From an uncultured Hyphomicrobiales bacterium (GTDB lineage: Bacteria; Bacteroidota; Ignavibacteria; Kapaibacteriales; UBA7675), in the NCBI GenBank assembly GCA_964445695.1, contig CAYULF010000010.1, positions 57,821-121,820 on the forward strand: DNA of 64,000 nt. Reading direction: 5' to 3'. Of the stretch, positions 19,374 to 30,100 are shown piece by piece. A model generated the notes under the pieces. The model saw only the letters and a list, made by a program, of their open reading frames with translations. It ran no database searches and was not told the origin of the DNA. The translations under genes were made by a program, and so were the position numbers. Within the stretch, counting starts at the first letter, position 1, and each line of letters begins with the position of its first letter.

Positions 19374-20200
19374 AGATGTCGGATCCCACGGAATACGCCC
19401 TGCCTCGTTCCGCCTGGAAGATAGCCGCCGCCTCGTGGAGCACTGCACGGCGTGATGCGCGTGAGCTGACCATGCTCTCTCTGCGCGCGGCCGCGCCGGG
19501 ACTGTTGTCCGGTACCCTGGTTTGCACGGTCGTGCTGTGGATGGGGGGGCAATTTACCCAGACGGGGTGGGGGCCAACCTTGCTCCTTGCGGCCGGTCTG
19601 GCAATAATCTTTTGCGCCACTATGTTGGCGCGCGCCGCGGCAATCGAGTTTTATGCCGCGCGTCTTGCGCAGGCGCCCGGTGCGTATCAGTCCGAGGGAA
19701 TTGTGTCGTCAAGGCCGGCTGCCTGGCCGCGCCGTCTGTTGGCGACCGTTCCGGCCTGGCTGGCAGTGCAGATCGGATTTGAAATTTGTGTGCTGCCGGG
19801 TGTCTACCTCATGGTTCCCATGGCCGTGCTGCCGGCTGCCGTACTGCTGCGCGCTGATCAAACGCTGCAGCAGGCACTGAACGAAACATTTAAATTGATT
19901 GCCAGGCGCTGGTGGTTTGTCTTCAAGGCAGTTGCGCTCTTCGATCTTGTCGCGATCGGTGTTGGCTTTATTCTGGTCGTCCCGGGAATCTATCTCGGGC
20001 ACGGCCTGGGACTGATGCTGGACGACGGGAGGCTGATGCGAGCATTTTGCATCTTGTTGTTCACCGGCGCGGGCTTCAGCGTGCTTCAGGCAGCGATGGG
20101 GATCTTTACCGTCAATATCTATCGCGCACTTTTCCGGATTCGGGCGGAAGTAAAGGCGTCAGCCGCCGCCGAAACATCTGATGATGAATCAGAAAGATAA
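19370..20200 (+). CDS. Multi-pass membrane protein, paralog C of the tandem triplet
   Basis: VLPGVYLMVPMAVLPAAVLLRADQTLQQALNETFKLIARRWWFVFKAV aligns with A and B. Start overlaps the stop of B by 4 nt. Confidence 0.55.
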   Translation: MKMSDPTEYALPRSAWKIAAASWSTARRDARELTMLSLRAAAPGLLSGTLVCTVVLWMGGQFTQTGWGPTLLLAAGLAIIFCATMLARAAAIEFYAARLAQAPGAYQSEGIVSSRPAAWPRRLLATVPAWLAVQIGFEICVLPGVYLMVPMAVLPAAVLLRADQTLQQALNETFKLIARRWWFVFKAVALFDLVAIGVGFILVVPGIYLGHGLGLMLDDGRLMRAFCILLFTGAGFSVLQAAMGIFTVNIYRALFRIRAEVKASAAAETSDDESER

Positions 20201-21139
20201 ATGTTAACAAAAACGACATATCGCGGAATTCGGAGAACGGGGGAGTCGCTCCCGGAGGAAAAATGGTTAACCGGCGCTCGTCGATTGCTGTTTCTCTGGC
20301 TGTGCTGTTGTTTAAGTTGCGTCGTCACGCCGCTGACGGCGCAGGAGAACGAACAGGCGACCTACGAGTGGACGTCCAACTCCACCATATCCATTGATGA
20401 AGACGGCAACGTCATCTTCAAAGAGAAAGAGCCGGAAAAGACGGCCGGCGTCAAAGTTGAAAGCACCACATCGACAATCGACCTGCCGCAGGACAATCAG
20501 TCGATAGAAGCCCGCGGTATCGATCAACAAACCATTGATGCCCTGCGCGACAAACCCGAGTACCAATACAATGTCGTCAAGCCTGAAGAGCCGTCGCTCT
20601 GGGATGAATTATGGTACTGGCTGGTGCGCAACCTGTTTTCTCCGATCGACGATGAAGGGCAAGTTACGCCGTTTAAGTTGATCAGCTACGGCCTGATTCT
20701 TCTGGCGCTGGTTTTGCTGGTTCGCGTGCTGATGGGCGGCGCCTTCTTTGGTTTGCTGGGGCGGCGCGACAAGTCGACGGGGATTGATTACACGACAGGC
20801 GCCGAAGAAGACATCCACAGCATGAGTCTGGAAGATCTGTTAAGTGAAGCGCTGGCGCAGGAGAACTATCGATCCGCCGTGCGCTATCGCTTCCTGATGC
20901 TGCTGCGCGAACTGGCGCGGCAGAACAAAATTTCCTGGCGCCGCGAAAAGACCAATTCGCGTTACATGGCCGAGATTCAGGACCCCGAACTTAAACAGAT
21001 GTTCAGGAAGGCGGCCTGGTGGTTTGACCTGGCCTGGTACGGCGAATGGAGCCTCACGGCGGCCGACGAAGCGCAGATAGCCCAGGTGTTCAGAGATTGC
21101 ATGGCGCGCCTGGGCGTGCGGGAGGCGATGCAGAAATGA
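20201..21139 (+). CDS. DUF4129-domain protein (transglutaminase-associated membrane protein)
   Basis: TM segment plus the C-terminal block YRSAVRYRFLMLLRELARQNKISWRREKTNSRYMAEI...WWFDLAWYGEW typical of DUF4129. Confidence 0.7.
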   Translation: MLTKTTYRGIRRTGESLPEEKWLTGARRLLFLWLCCCLSCVVTPLTAQENEQATYEWTSNSTISIDEDGNVIFKEKEPEKTAGVKVESTTSTIDLPQDNQSIEARGIDQQTIDALRDKPEYQYNVVKPEEPSLWDELWYWLVRNLFSPIDDEGQVTPFKLISYGLILLALVLLVRVLMGGAFFGLLGRRDKSTGIDYTTGAEEDIHSMSLEDLLSEALAQENYRSAVRYRFLMLLRELARQNKISWRREKTNSRYMAEIQDPELKQMFRKAAWWFDLAWYGEWSLTAADEAQIAQVFRDCMARLGVREAMQK

Positions 21140-22560
21140 AGAAAATCTGGATCGTTCTTGTTATCGCCCTGATTGTCGTATTCCTCGTAGTGCAGAGCAG
21201 TGTACCGCAGGCGCCTGACTGGAGCCCAGACTTCCGGTCGTCCAGTACCAAACCGTACGGCGGCAAAATTCTGTACGACCTTCTGCCCGAGCTGATTCCC
21301 GGTGCACGTGTGTTTAAGTCGGACGTCACCGCTTTTGAAGATTCGCGCAATGCCGGCATGATGGAGGGGAAAACCTATTTTTCCGTTGGTTACAGTTTTG
21401 CTCCGGACGACTACAGCACCTACGAACTGTTAAACTTTGTGGAGGAGGGCAACACGGCTTTTATCGCTGCGGCGCAGATCGACGGGCTTATCTCCAAGCG
21501 CCTGGGATTCAGGGTCGGGATGCGACATCCCTACCAGGTCGCGTTTAAAGCCGGCGATTATTTTGAGACCGGCGCGGGCATTCCAGCCGCGGAGACCGAG
21601 GCTGCAAGTACGGAGGCTACGATTTCCGCCGCATCGGCTTCAGACGCGACGGCAAACGACTCTGCGATTGTCGATGCGCAGGTTCCCGACTCGGCGATTA
21701 ACAAAAAATCAGGGGAAAGCACCGACAGCAGCGAGATCGTGCAGCAGGAGAGGGATTCGCCCATGTCGGCGGCGGACTGGATTCTGAGTTATTCGACCGA
21801 CATCAACCTGTTAAACGAAGATCTGCGCCTGGATTCCGGCGTCTGGTACCAGCGTTTTGAAGGTTATCGCTGTTTTACGGAAATGGTAGGCACAAGCACC
21901 TGTACCGTCCTGGGACGCAATCAATTCGGCGAGGCCAATTTCATGCATTTCCGCTGGGGCGAGGGCGACTTTTACATCAGTACCGTGCCGTTTGCCTATT
22001 CGAATTTCAACATGTTGCAGGACGGTTGCGCTGAGTACGCGGCGCGTTCTTTGTCCTATTTGCCGAATCGCGATTTGTACTGGGACAACTACACCGGTAA
22101 AAACATTGGCGAGCTGGATTCCATGCGTCTGTTGCGACAGTCGCCGGCGTTAATGGCGGCCATCTGGACGGGGGCGGCGACGCTGCTGCTCTTTCTGGTG
22201 TTCAGTGTTAAACGCCGCCAGAGAATCATTCCGGTCATTACACCGCCGTCCAATGCCACGCTGGGATTTGTCGGCATGGTCGGCAATCTGTATTACCAGC
22301 GCGCTGACCACGTGGTGGCGGCGCACAAGAAAATTCGCTTCCTGCTGGAGTATATACGCCGGCGTTACTTTTTACGAACCAACGTGATCGATCACGAGTT
22401 TCGCGATGCGCTCGAAGCCAAATCAGGCGTGCCGCGCAGCGATATCGACGCGCTCTTTGACGCTATTGATGCGGTGCAAAAACAGCCCGACATCACAGCG
22501 GAAGAGCTGGCCGATATCTGTCGATTGATCGATGCGTTTTATTCCGACTGCAAAGTGTGA
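21136..22560 (+). CDS. DUF4350-domain protein (signal-anchored, with C-terminal TM)
   Basis: MKKIWIVLVIALIVVFLV leader, GGKILYDLLPEL motif, and C-terminal TM plus basic stretch. ATGA overlap with the DUF4129 gene. Confidence 0.7.
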   Translation: MKKIWIVLVIALIVVFLVVQSSVPQAPDWSPDFRSSSTKPYGGKILYDLLPELIPGARVFKSDVTAFEDSRNAGMMEGKTYFSVGYSFAPDDYSTYELLNFVEEGNTAFIAAAQIDGLISKRLGFRVGMRHPYQVAFKAGDYFETGAGIPAAETEAASTEATISAASASDATANDSAIVDAQVPDSAINKKSGESTDSSEIVQQERDSPMSAADWILSYSTDINLLNEDLRLDSGVWYQRFEGYRCFTEMVGTSTCTVLGRNQFGEANFMHFRWGEGDFYISTVPFAYSNFNMLQDGCAEYAARSLSYLPNRDLYWDNYTGKNIGELDSMRLLRQSPALMAAIWTGAATLLLFLVFSVKRRQRIIPVITPPSNATLGFVGMVGNLYYQRADHVVAAHKKIRFLLEYIRRRYFLRTNVIDHEFRDALEAKSGVPRSDIDALFDAIDAVQKQPDITAEELADICRLIDAFYSDCKV

Positions 22561-23633
22561 TGGAAAACGAACAGCAAGACGGTCGCACGGCGACCAACCC
22601 GGAGCAGGAACGTCCGGCCGATGCGGCCGCCACGCCTGCCCACGATGCGCCCGACGCGCCGGCGGTGAGCACGGCGCAACGAACGTCACTGGATGTACTG
22701 AGCGACAAACTGGAGAGCGTGCGCCGGGAAATCGCCAAGGTGATCGTCGGCCAGGCTTCGATGATCGACCAGTTGATAGCGGCAATGCTCGTGGACGGGC
22801 ACGTGCTGATTGAAGGCGTGCCGGGCGTGGCCAAAACGCTGGCGGCGCGCCTGCTGGCGCAGACGCTGGACGTCGATTTTGCGCGAATTCAGTTCACGCC
22901 CGACCTGATGCCTTCGGACGTCATCGGGACGAATGTGTTTAACCCGCGCGAGTCCCGTTTTGAATTCCACCGCGGTCCGATTTTTGCCAACGTCGTGCTG
23001 ATCGACGAGATCAACCGCGCTCCCGCCAAAACGCAGGCCGCGCTGTTCGAGGCGATGGAAGAACGCCAGGCGACCGTCGACGGAACGACCTACGCCTTTG
23101 CGCCGCCCTTCACCGTCCTGGCTACGCAGAACCCGGTGGAGCACGAAGGCACCTACCGTCTGCCCGAGGCGCAACTGGACCGTTTTATGTTCAAGATTGA
23201 AGTCGGTTACCCCGATCTGGCGGAAGAGACGCGCATTCTGACGGCCGGCCACGAACGCCGCGGACGGCCGCAGACCGCCGAAGTACGGCCCGTGCTGAGC
23301 GGCGCGGACCTGCTGGCGCTGCGCGAAACCGTGCATCAGGTGCACGTGGACGCCAAACTGATGGAATACGTTGCCAAACTGGTGCAGCAGACGCGCAGCT
23401 CGCCTTCGATTTTCCTGGGCGGCTCGCCGCGCGCTTCGCTCGCAATTCTGGCGGCCTCCAAGGCATTTGCCGTGATGAGCGCGCGCGACTTCGTGATTCC
23501 CGAGGACATCCAGCTGGCCGCTTTCCCGGTACTGCGCCATCGCCTCATCCTGACGCCGGAACGCGAAATGGAGGGCACGCGCCCGGACGACGTCATCAAG
23601 GAGCTGATCAAACGCGTCGAGGTGCCGCGCTAG
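22557..23633 (+). CDS. MoxR-family AAA+ ATPase
   Basis: IVGQASMIDQL, Walker A EGVPGVAKT, Walker B VLIDEINRA, and TQNPVE...GTYRLPEAQLDRF are MoxR signatures. Confidence 0.9.
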   Translation: MMENEQQDGRTATNPEQERPADAAATPAHDAPDAPAVSTAQRTSLDVLSDKLESVRREIAKVIVGQASMIDQLIAAMLVDGHVLIEGVPGVAKTLAARLLAQTLDVDFARIQFTPDLMPSDVIGTNVFNPRESRFEFHRGPIFANVVLIDEINRAPAKTQAALFEAMEERQATVDGTTYAFAPPFTVLATQNPVEHEGTYRLPEAQLDRFMFKIEVGYPDLAEETRILTAGHERRGRPQTAEVRPVLSGADLLALRETVHQVHVDAKLMEYVAKLVQQTRSSPSIFLGGSPRASLAILAASKAFAVMSARDFVIPEDIQLAAFPVLRHRLILTPEREMEGTRPDDVIKELIKRVEVPR

Positions 23634-24976
23634 TGGACAAGTTGAAAGAGTTCATGGGCGGCGTTTTCCTGCCGGCGCGTCTGTTGGTTGTGCTGATTGT
23701 CATCGTGGCGATGATGGTGGCCGGCTATCTGCTGCCCTTTCTCTACGAATTGGCCGTGCTGCTGGTCTGGGGCACGGCCGCGCTGACGCTGATCGATCTG
23801 CTGCTGCTCTACGGTGCGCGCGAGGGCATCCAGGCTACGCGGATTGTGGCTGAGCGCTTTTCCAACGGCGATATTAATCCCGTCAACGTCAGCGTTGAAA
23901 ACAACTACCGTTTTCCCGTGCGGGCCACGCTGATTGACGAACTGCCGGAGCAATTCCAGATTCGCGACAGCAAACACCACTTCTCACTTTCGACCGGCGC
24001 CATGCGCACCATTCGCTACGAACTGCGACCGACCAAACGCGGCGACTACGGCTTCGGCCGCTCGATGATCTACGTCACCTCGCCGATCGGCTTGGTGCAG
24101 CGCCGATATATTGGTGCGTCAGAACAGAACGTGGTGACCTATCCGTCCTTTCTGCAAATGCGGCGCTATGAGCTGCTGGCCATCTCGAACCGCCTCTCGG
24201 AGGTCGGCGTCAAAAAAGTGCGCCGTCTGGGACACAGCATGGAGTTCGACCAGATCCGCCAGTACGTGCCGGGCGACGACTACCGCACGATCAACTGGAA
24301 GGCCACGGCGCGCGCCACGGAACTGATGGTCAACCACTTTCAGGACGAGCGCTCGCAGCACGTTTATGCCGTGATCGACAAGGGGCGCACGATGAAAAGC
24401 CCGTTTCGCGGCATGACGCTGCTGGACTACGCCATCAACGCCTCGCTGGTGATCTCCAATATCGCCATGCTCAAATACGACAAGGCGGGTTTGCTGACCT
24501 TCAACGACGGGACGGATGCTTTTTTGAAGCCGGACCGCGGCGGCAAACACCTCAACCGCATCCTGGAGGTGCTCTACAACCAGACGACCACCTTCCGCGA
24601 GTCCAACTTTGAGTTGCTGTTCACAATGACACGCAGATCAATCCACCAACGGAGCCTGATCCTGCTGTTCACAAACTTTGATACGGTGTCCTCAATGCGC
24701 CGCAGCCTGGACAAACTGCGGGCCATCGCCCGCAATCACGTTCTGGTGGTCATTTTCTTCGACAACACCGAGCTGCTCGACGTACTTGAAGGCGAGACGG
24801 AAACAGTGGCGGAAGCCTACACCAAAATAATTGCGGAGCAGTTTGCGTTTGAAAAACGTGAAATTGTGGCGGAACTGGAGCGCCACGGCATTCACGCCGT
24901 TTTAAGCGCCCCGGAAAACCTGACGGTCGATACGATTAATTCCTATCTGCGGCTGAAGTCGCGGGGCATCATCTGA
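23633..24976 (+). CDS. DUF58-domain protein (vWA-like, the usual MoxR partner), with N-terminal TM helices
   Basis: DUF58 core GDDYRTINWKATAR and a downstream vWA-like region. GTG start overlaps the MoxR stop. Confidence 0.75.
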   Translation: MDKLKEFMGGVFLPARLLVVLIVIVAMMVAGYLLPFLYELAVLLVWGTAALTLIDLLLLYGAREGIQATRIVAERFSNGDINPVNVSVENNYRFPVRATLIDELPEQFQIRDSKHHFSLSTGAMRTIRYELRPTKRGDYGFGRSMIYVTSPIGLVQRRYIGASEQNVVTYPSFLQMRRYELLAISNRLSEVGVKKVRRLGHSMEFDQIRQYVPGDDYRTINWKATARATELMVNHFQDERSQHVYAVIDKGRTMKSPFRGMTLLDYAINASLVISNIAMLKYDKAGLLTFNDGTDAFLKPDRGGKHLNRILEVLYNQTTTFRESNFELLFTMTRRSIHQRSLILLFTNFDTVSSMRRSLDKLRAIARNHVLVVIFFDNTELLDVLEGETETVAEAYTKIIAEQFAFEKREIVAELERHGIHAVLSAPENLTVDTINSYLRLKSRGII

Positions 24977-25038
24977 GCCCAACTTTCAGCGGTGGAATTC
25001 GTAGGATGGAAATTGTGTTATACGCCTGTGCCAATGGC

Positions 25039-25071
25039 GCGCAGGGGCCGCGCAGGGGCCGCGCAGGGGCC
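25039..25071. repeat. 11-bp tandem repeat gcgcaggggcc, 3 copies
   Basis: Direct reading of the sequence. Confidence 0.8.
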
Positions 25072-25128
25072 TGAAACTCAGCAAATAACTACTGTACATA
25101 CACACTGACAATTCAAGGACTTGAGACA

Positions 25129-25839
25129 ATGGAAGTCAGAGAGATGAGTTTTGCCGAGCGCATGACCGAGAAAGTGGAACTCGGCGCGGATCGCGCAGCG
25201 CTCGTCAAACAATCATACCTGATGTTGAGCCTGGCGGTGGTTGCCGCCATGTTCGGCGGATGGGTCGGCTCTACGGTGCCGTTTTTCATTAATCTGTTCA
25301 CGGGTTGGGGCGGCTGGATCATGGCCATGCTGCTCATCAACTTTTTACCGATTATGGCGCTGCGCACGGCGCACAATCCGACGACCGGTCTGCTCTCGCT
25401 GCTCGGCTACGGATTTGTGGCCGGCCTCGTGCTTGGACCGATGATCTACGTGGTGGCCTTTATTCTTGAACAGCCTGAATTGCTGTTCAGCGCAGGGGTG
25501 ATTACCGCGGCGGTCTTCGGCGCGGTCACATTCTACGTGTTTACCTCCGGCAAGAGTTACTCCGCGCCGAAGGGAATGATGGTAGGAATGTTCGTGGGAC
25601 TCACGGGCGCCGTGCTGGTAAACCTGATGTTGGGCTCCAGCCTGCTCGGTTTCCTGATCAGCATCGGCATCGGTATTTTCGGCGTTATCTCGCTGTTTTA
25701 CTCGACCTCGAACCTGCTGCACAACCGCGACATCACAAGCCCGATTACCGGCGCCGTGTTGCTGTTCAGCGGTGTGTTCATGATCTTTCAGTCCGTGCTG
25801 CGCATCCTGATGGCTTTTGCCGGCGGCAGCCGCAACTGA
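25129..25839 (+). CDS. Bax inhibitor-1 / YccA-family (TMBIM) membrane protein
   Basis: Seven-TM profile with BI-1 family motifs, including the FYSTSNLLHNRD-like loop and a C-terminal basic end. Confidence 0.75.
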   Translation: MEVREMSFAERMTEKVELGADRAALVKQSYLMLSLAVVAAMFGGWVGSTVPFFINLFTGWGGWIMAMLLINFLPIMALRTAHNPTTGLLSLLGYGFVAGLVLGPMIYVVAFILEQPELLFSAGVITAAVFGAVTFYVFTSGKSYSAPKGMMVGMFVGLTGAVLVNLMLGSSLLGFLISIGIGIFGVISLFYSTSNLLHNRDITSPITGAVLLFSGVFMIFQSVLRILMAFAGGSRN

Positions 25840-25874
25840 TGCATCTGATTGATTGACGGATTTTACTCTTACTG

Positions 25875-25903
25875 CAGGCGCCCTCGTGGCGCCTGTTTTT
25901 TTT
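25875..25903 (+). terminator. Rho-independent terminator (caggcgcc-ctcgt-ggcgcctg followed by T8)
   Basis: 8-bp GC-rich stem followed by tttttttt, directly after the BI-1 gene. Confidence 0.8.
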
Positions 25904-26077
25904 GTGCCTGTCAGCAGAATGGCAGTATCCCGGTGTACACATGGAAAACCCGCAGCGTTAATATTGGCGCGTCTCTCGTTCCGGCTTGCATCCACCAATG
26001 ATACTTTTCTATTTTGAGTCGCCTTAATCTTTTTGCTTAACTCACTGTTTGTTCAAATCTTTAAGGATGGTTTTTTT

Positions 26078-26461
26078 ATGCAACGTACTCTTGGTTTAAC
26101 ATTCGCACTGCTCGTGGTGTTTGTTTGCGGTCTGGGCCAGTCGGCCTATGCCCTTGATTGCCACACGGTTACGGTTCGCAATGAAGGGACTTGTACCGAG
26201 CGGGTCATTGTCAGTTCCCAAAGCACGGACTACGGTCCGTTTAACGTCCTGCCGGGGACGACGCTGCTGGTGACATTTTCGTCGGCGGCGGAAACGCTGC
26301 AGCAGTTTACGATTAACGGCGTGTCGATTGACGCGGACGACGCCTGCGCCGCGACCAAATGCCCGCAGATCGGTTCCGGTTCCTGTCCGCTGACCGTTGT
26401 GCGTTACCTCTGCCCGGTAACGGCCGACTGCTGCAACTGGCGTATTACAACCACGCCCTGA
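26078..26461 (+). CDS. Small secreted cysteine-rich protein (127 aa, 9 Cys), hypothetical
   Basis: Signal peptide MQRTLGLTFALLVVFVCGLGQSAYA. The mature part carries CHTV, GTCTE, DACAATKCPQIGSGSCPL and CPVTADCCNW. Confidence 0.5.
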   Translation: MQRTLGLTFALLVVFVCGLGQSAYALDCHTVTVRNEGTCTERVIVSSQSTDYGPFNVLPGTTLLVTFSSAAETLQQFTINGVSIDADDACAATKCPQIGSGSCPLTVVRYLCPVTADCCNWRITTTP

Positions 26462-27154
26462 CCGAAACGGTAATCACCATTGGGCACTGCCGCCTCGACT
26501 GACTGCCCCGACTTCACCGGGCGTTGTTTAATTTGCGCTGCCTGTGCAGCGCCCGGCTTATTCTCACGATTGTTAAACATGTTTGCCGGCGTTTTTCACT
26601 TGCCGGATTGTTAACTGCTGCTCGCTTCCGGCGTATTAACACCTTGACTTTTTTCTGAGCTTCCGACAAAACCATCTTGTTCGTCAAGGAGCGTCAAACC
26701 AGAAGTCTCCGAACCGGCCGAGAGCATCCACGCTGAAAACCCGACAACCAACAAGAAAATCATAGAGCCTGAGATGCCGCAGGCAGCTCAAAGCGGTCGG
26801 AATTGTGTGACATCCCGCCGCCTCGGATTGTCGAGGGGAGTGATTGGTCTGACGTTTGATGCGACGCGCCTTGTGCCGTCGTGCCGACGTTCGTACTGAC
26901 GGCCGGACCGGCGAACGTCCTGAGCTTTGGGAAGCGTTCGTTGTGGAGGGTTCCTGTGCGTTATTCCCGTGGTGAGTCCGTAGTCGGTCCGTTCGTCTGT
27001 TTACCATTATATTGTGTCCGCGAGCAGCCGGCGGGGCTGTAACATTCGTTCGTCCGCCGGATTGAAATGGAACGCAGTGCGCTGCGATTGTTCCCGGCCT
27101 GCGCGCTGTTTTTTTACGATGTTCACATTCCACTCAGAGCAACATCCGGCTCCC

Positions 27155-30100
27155 ATGATATTCCGAAAACTCTTTCTCATTTGCCTGTGTGTGCAGTTCG
27201 GTGCTGCTGCTGCTGCGATAGCCGCGTCGCCGGTGGATCTCGGCGGGCTGAAACCGGGCATGCAGGCGCGCGTGCTGGACGACGGCATTCTGTTTCATCA
27301 CTACGTCGTCGATGCGGAAGTCATACGCGAAACATGCGTGCGAATGCGCGTCGGGCTGGCCGACGAGGCGGCGGGGACAATTGTGCCGCGATCGGGCGAG
27401 GTGGAATTTCCGGAACATTTGAACGGCATGCGGACGACTTCGCTGGAAGTGACGCAGGTTTGTGCCGGCGTCGATATGCTCGTACACGCGCAGGGCGGCC
27501 TGCCGCGCTATGACTTTGTGCTGCGTCCCGGGCTGGATCCTCATCGCCTGCGCCTGGCCTTCAGCGGGGTTGACAGCCTGACAGTTCGTGGCGAAGAATT
27601 GACGCTCTTCAGCGGTGAGCACCGCCTGGATCACGGCGGCTTGTTTACCTATCAGGAAACAAACAATGGCCGAATTGCAGTTGACTGTCAATTTATCGAC
27701 GCAGGTGAAGTTGACGGTGAATGGACGGCGGCCTTCCGCGTCGGCGCACATGATCCCGCTCTGCCATTGGTAATCGATCCGCTGGTGGACGCGACCTATT
27801 GGGGCGGCCTCGGCGCAGAAAAAATCTGTGATATGCGTCGGCGTGACGACGGCAGCATCGTGGTGGTGGGAGAAACGAAATCGGTCGATTTCCCGATCAC
27901 GCTGGGCGATGCGGTGCGCGCGGACATGGATGGGCACGACATTTTTATCAGCGCCTTTGCGCCGAACGGCACGGACCTGCTTTGGTCGCGCATTCTGGGC
28001 GGCAGTTCGGACGATCTGGTCGGCGGCATGAGCATAGGCAACGACGGCCGAATTATTGTCTGCGGGCAGACCGGCTCGGATGACTTTGACATGCCGGGAT
28101 TCACGTTTGAAGGCAAGACGCGCGGCACGACCGACGGTTTTGTCCTCGTGCTGCTGCCGGACGGCGAAAATGTGGACTATTTCAGGTTGATCGGCGGTGA
28201 AGCCGACGACGCGATGACGGACGTGGTCTGGCACGGCGGCAAGCGCCTGATGCTGCTCTGCGGCTGGACGTCTTCGCAGGATTTTCCGATAAGTGGGGAA
28301 ACGCCCTATCAGGTGGAGCTGAAACCGTCGACCGACGGCAAATTGACGCGCGACGCCGTGGTGGTCTACCTGAACCAGAGCGAGAGTGAGCTGCAATACG
28401 CCACCTATCTGGGCGGCAACGGCGAGGATGCGGCGCTTGGTATCGCAACAGATCTGGACGGCGCGGCTTATGTGTGCGGTTATACGGACTCACGGGAGTT
28501 GCGCGAAGCCAAAAACACCAATGAAGGCGGGCGCGACGCTTTTGCCGCGCGCTTCACGCCCAACGGCGGCCTGCGCTACCTGCGTTTTCTCGGCGGCGAA
28601 TATTACGACGCTGCGGCGGACATTCAGCGCATCGACGGTGCGCTGGTGGCCATTGTCGGCACGACATTTTCACCCGACTTTCCCTGGACCGCCGATGCGC
28701 CGCAGACAGAACTGGTCGGCGGCCCGACTTTCAGCGACGGATTCCTGACGGTTCTCAACGGCGACGGAGAGCTGGAAACCAGCGGTTTTGTCGGCGGCAA
28801 TTTCAACGACGAGCTGGCGGCGCTGGACATACGCGAGCAGCGTTACCTGGCCCTGGCGGGGAACAGCGCGTCGTCGCAGTTTGGATTTAATATTGAGGGT
28901 TGCAGCGGCACGCGCGGCGTTGAAGACCTGTTTGCGGTGGTTTACGATCTGAACAACAACGACGTCAGTTTTGCCGCGCAGCACGGCGGCACGCAGGCCG
29001 ACCGCGCCACGGCGGTTCAGTGGCGCAGCGACACGCGCATCCTGCTGGGCGGCACGACATTTTCAGACGATTTCCCGGTCGACATCGGCGCTTTGCAGTC
29101 GATGAAGTCCGACGCGCCCTCGGATGTCTCCAATGGTTTTCTGGCGCAACTGGATCTGGAGCAGAACGAAGAATTTCGCGTCAGCGGACAACTGGACCTT
29201 GGCTACGTCGAGGCCGGATTTTTCAAGTCGGTCGAAGTAACGATCCACAACCTGCGCAACAGCGATCTGACGATCACACTGGAAGAGGGCGCTCGCCTGG
29301 GCGAGCTGGAGTTGAGCTGGGTCGGGCCGATCACCATTCCGCCCTGCGGTTCGTACAAAATCAACGTCAGCATCGCGCCGGTGACGCAACGCCATCACAG
29401 CACCGAATTGATTGTCGGCAGCGACGCGGGCGAAAAGCGCTACGTCTTCCACGCGGTCAGCACAACGCCGGAAGAGGCCGCGGCGCAGGTGCTGCTGCGC
29501 ATTCCGCGCAATCTGGCGGCCGCGCCGGGCGAGGAGTTTGCGCTGCCGATTTTTCTGGACGCTGCGCGTTTTGACCTCATGCCGGCCGCGCGGCCGACGC
29601 GCCTGACGATGAACCTGAGTTTCAATGCGCGCAGTTTTACCACGGCCGACGAAAATGCGCGCGGCCTGGAGAACGACAACCGCCATGAAATTCCGCTCGA
29701 CATTGCTTTCGATGAAGACGAGTTCCGCGCCGGCATGACTCTGGTCGAAATTCCGATGATCGCGACGCTGGGCGACAGCCGCCAGACGGTGATCAACGTC
29801 TACGATATTCGCTGGTTCACCGGCGCGGCGGAGAACGAGGACATCGCGACGGCCGTCAGCCCGGGACTGTTCACGACGGAAGACCTGTGGTTTTTTCCCG
29901 ACGGCTCTCCGCGTCTGATTCAATCGGCCGACGACAACTTCTATCTGGAGATTCTGCCGAGCGTCATCAGCGACGGCGTTCTTCGCGCGGTGATTGCGCT
30001 GCCTGAAGGCGGCGTGGCGACGCTGAGTATCAGCGACCTCAACATGATGCCGGTGCTGGACCTGACGCCGCAGTTGATTGCCGGCGCAGGACTGAAAGAC

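Noticed and set aside
25039-25071. CRISPR-like repeat
   Set aside because: Only three 11-bp units in direct tandem, with no spacers. It is a simple microsatellite.
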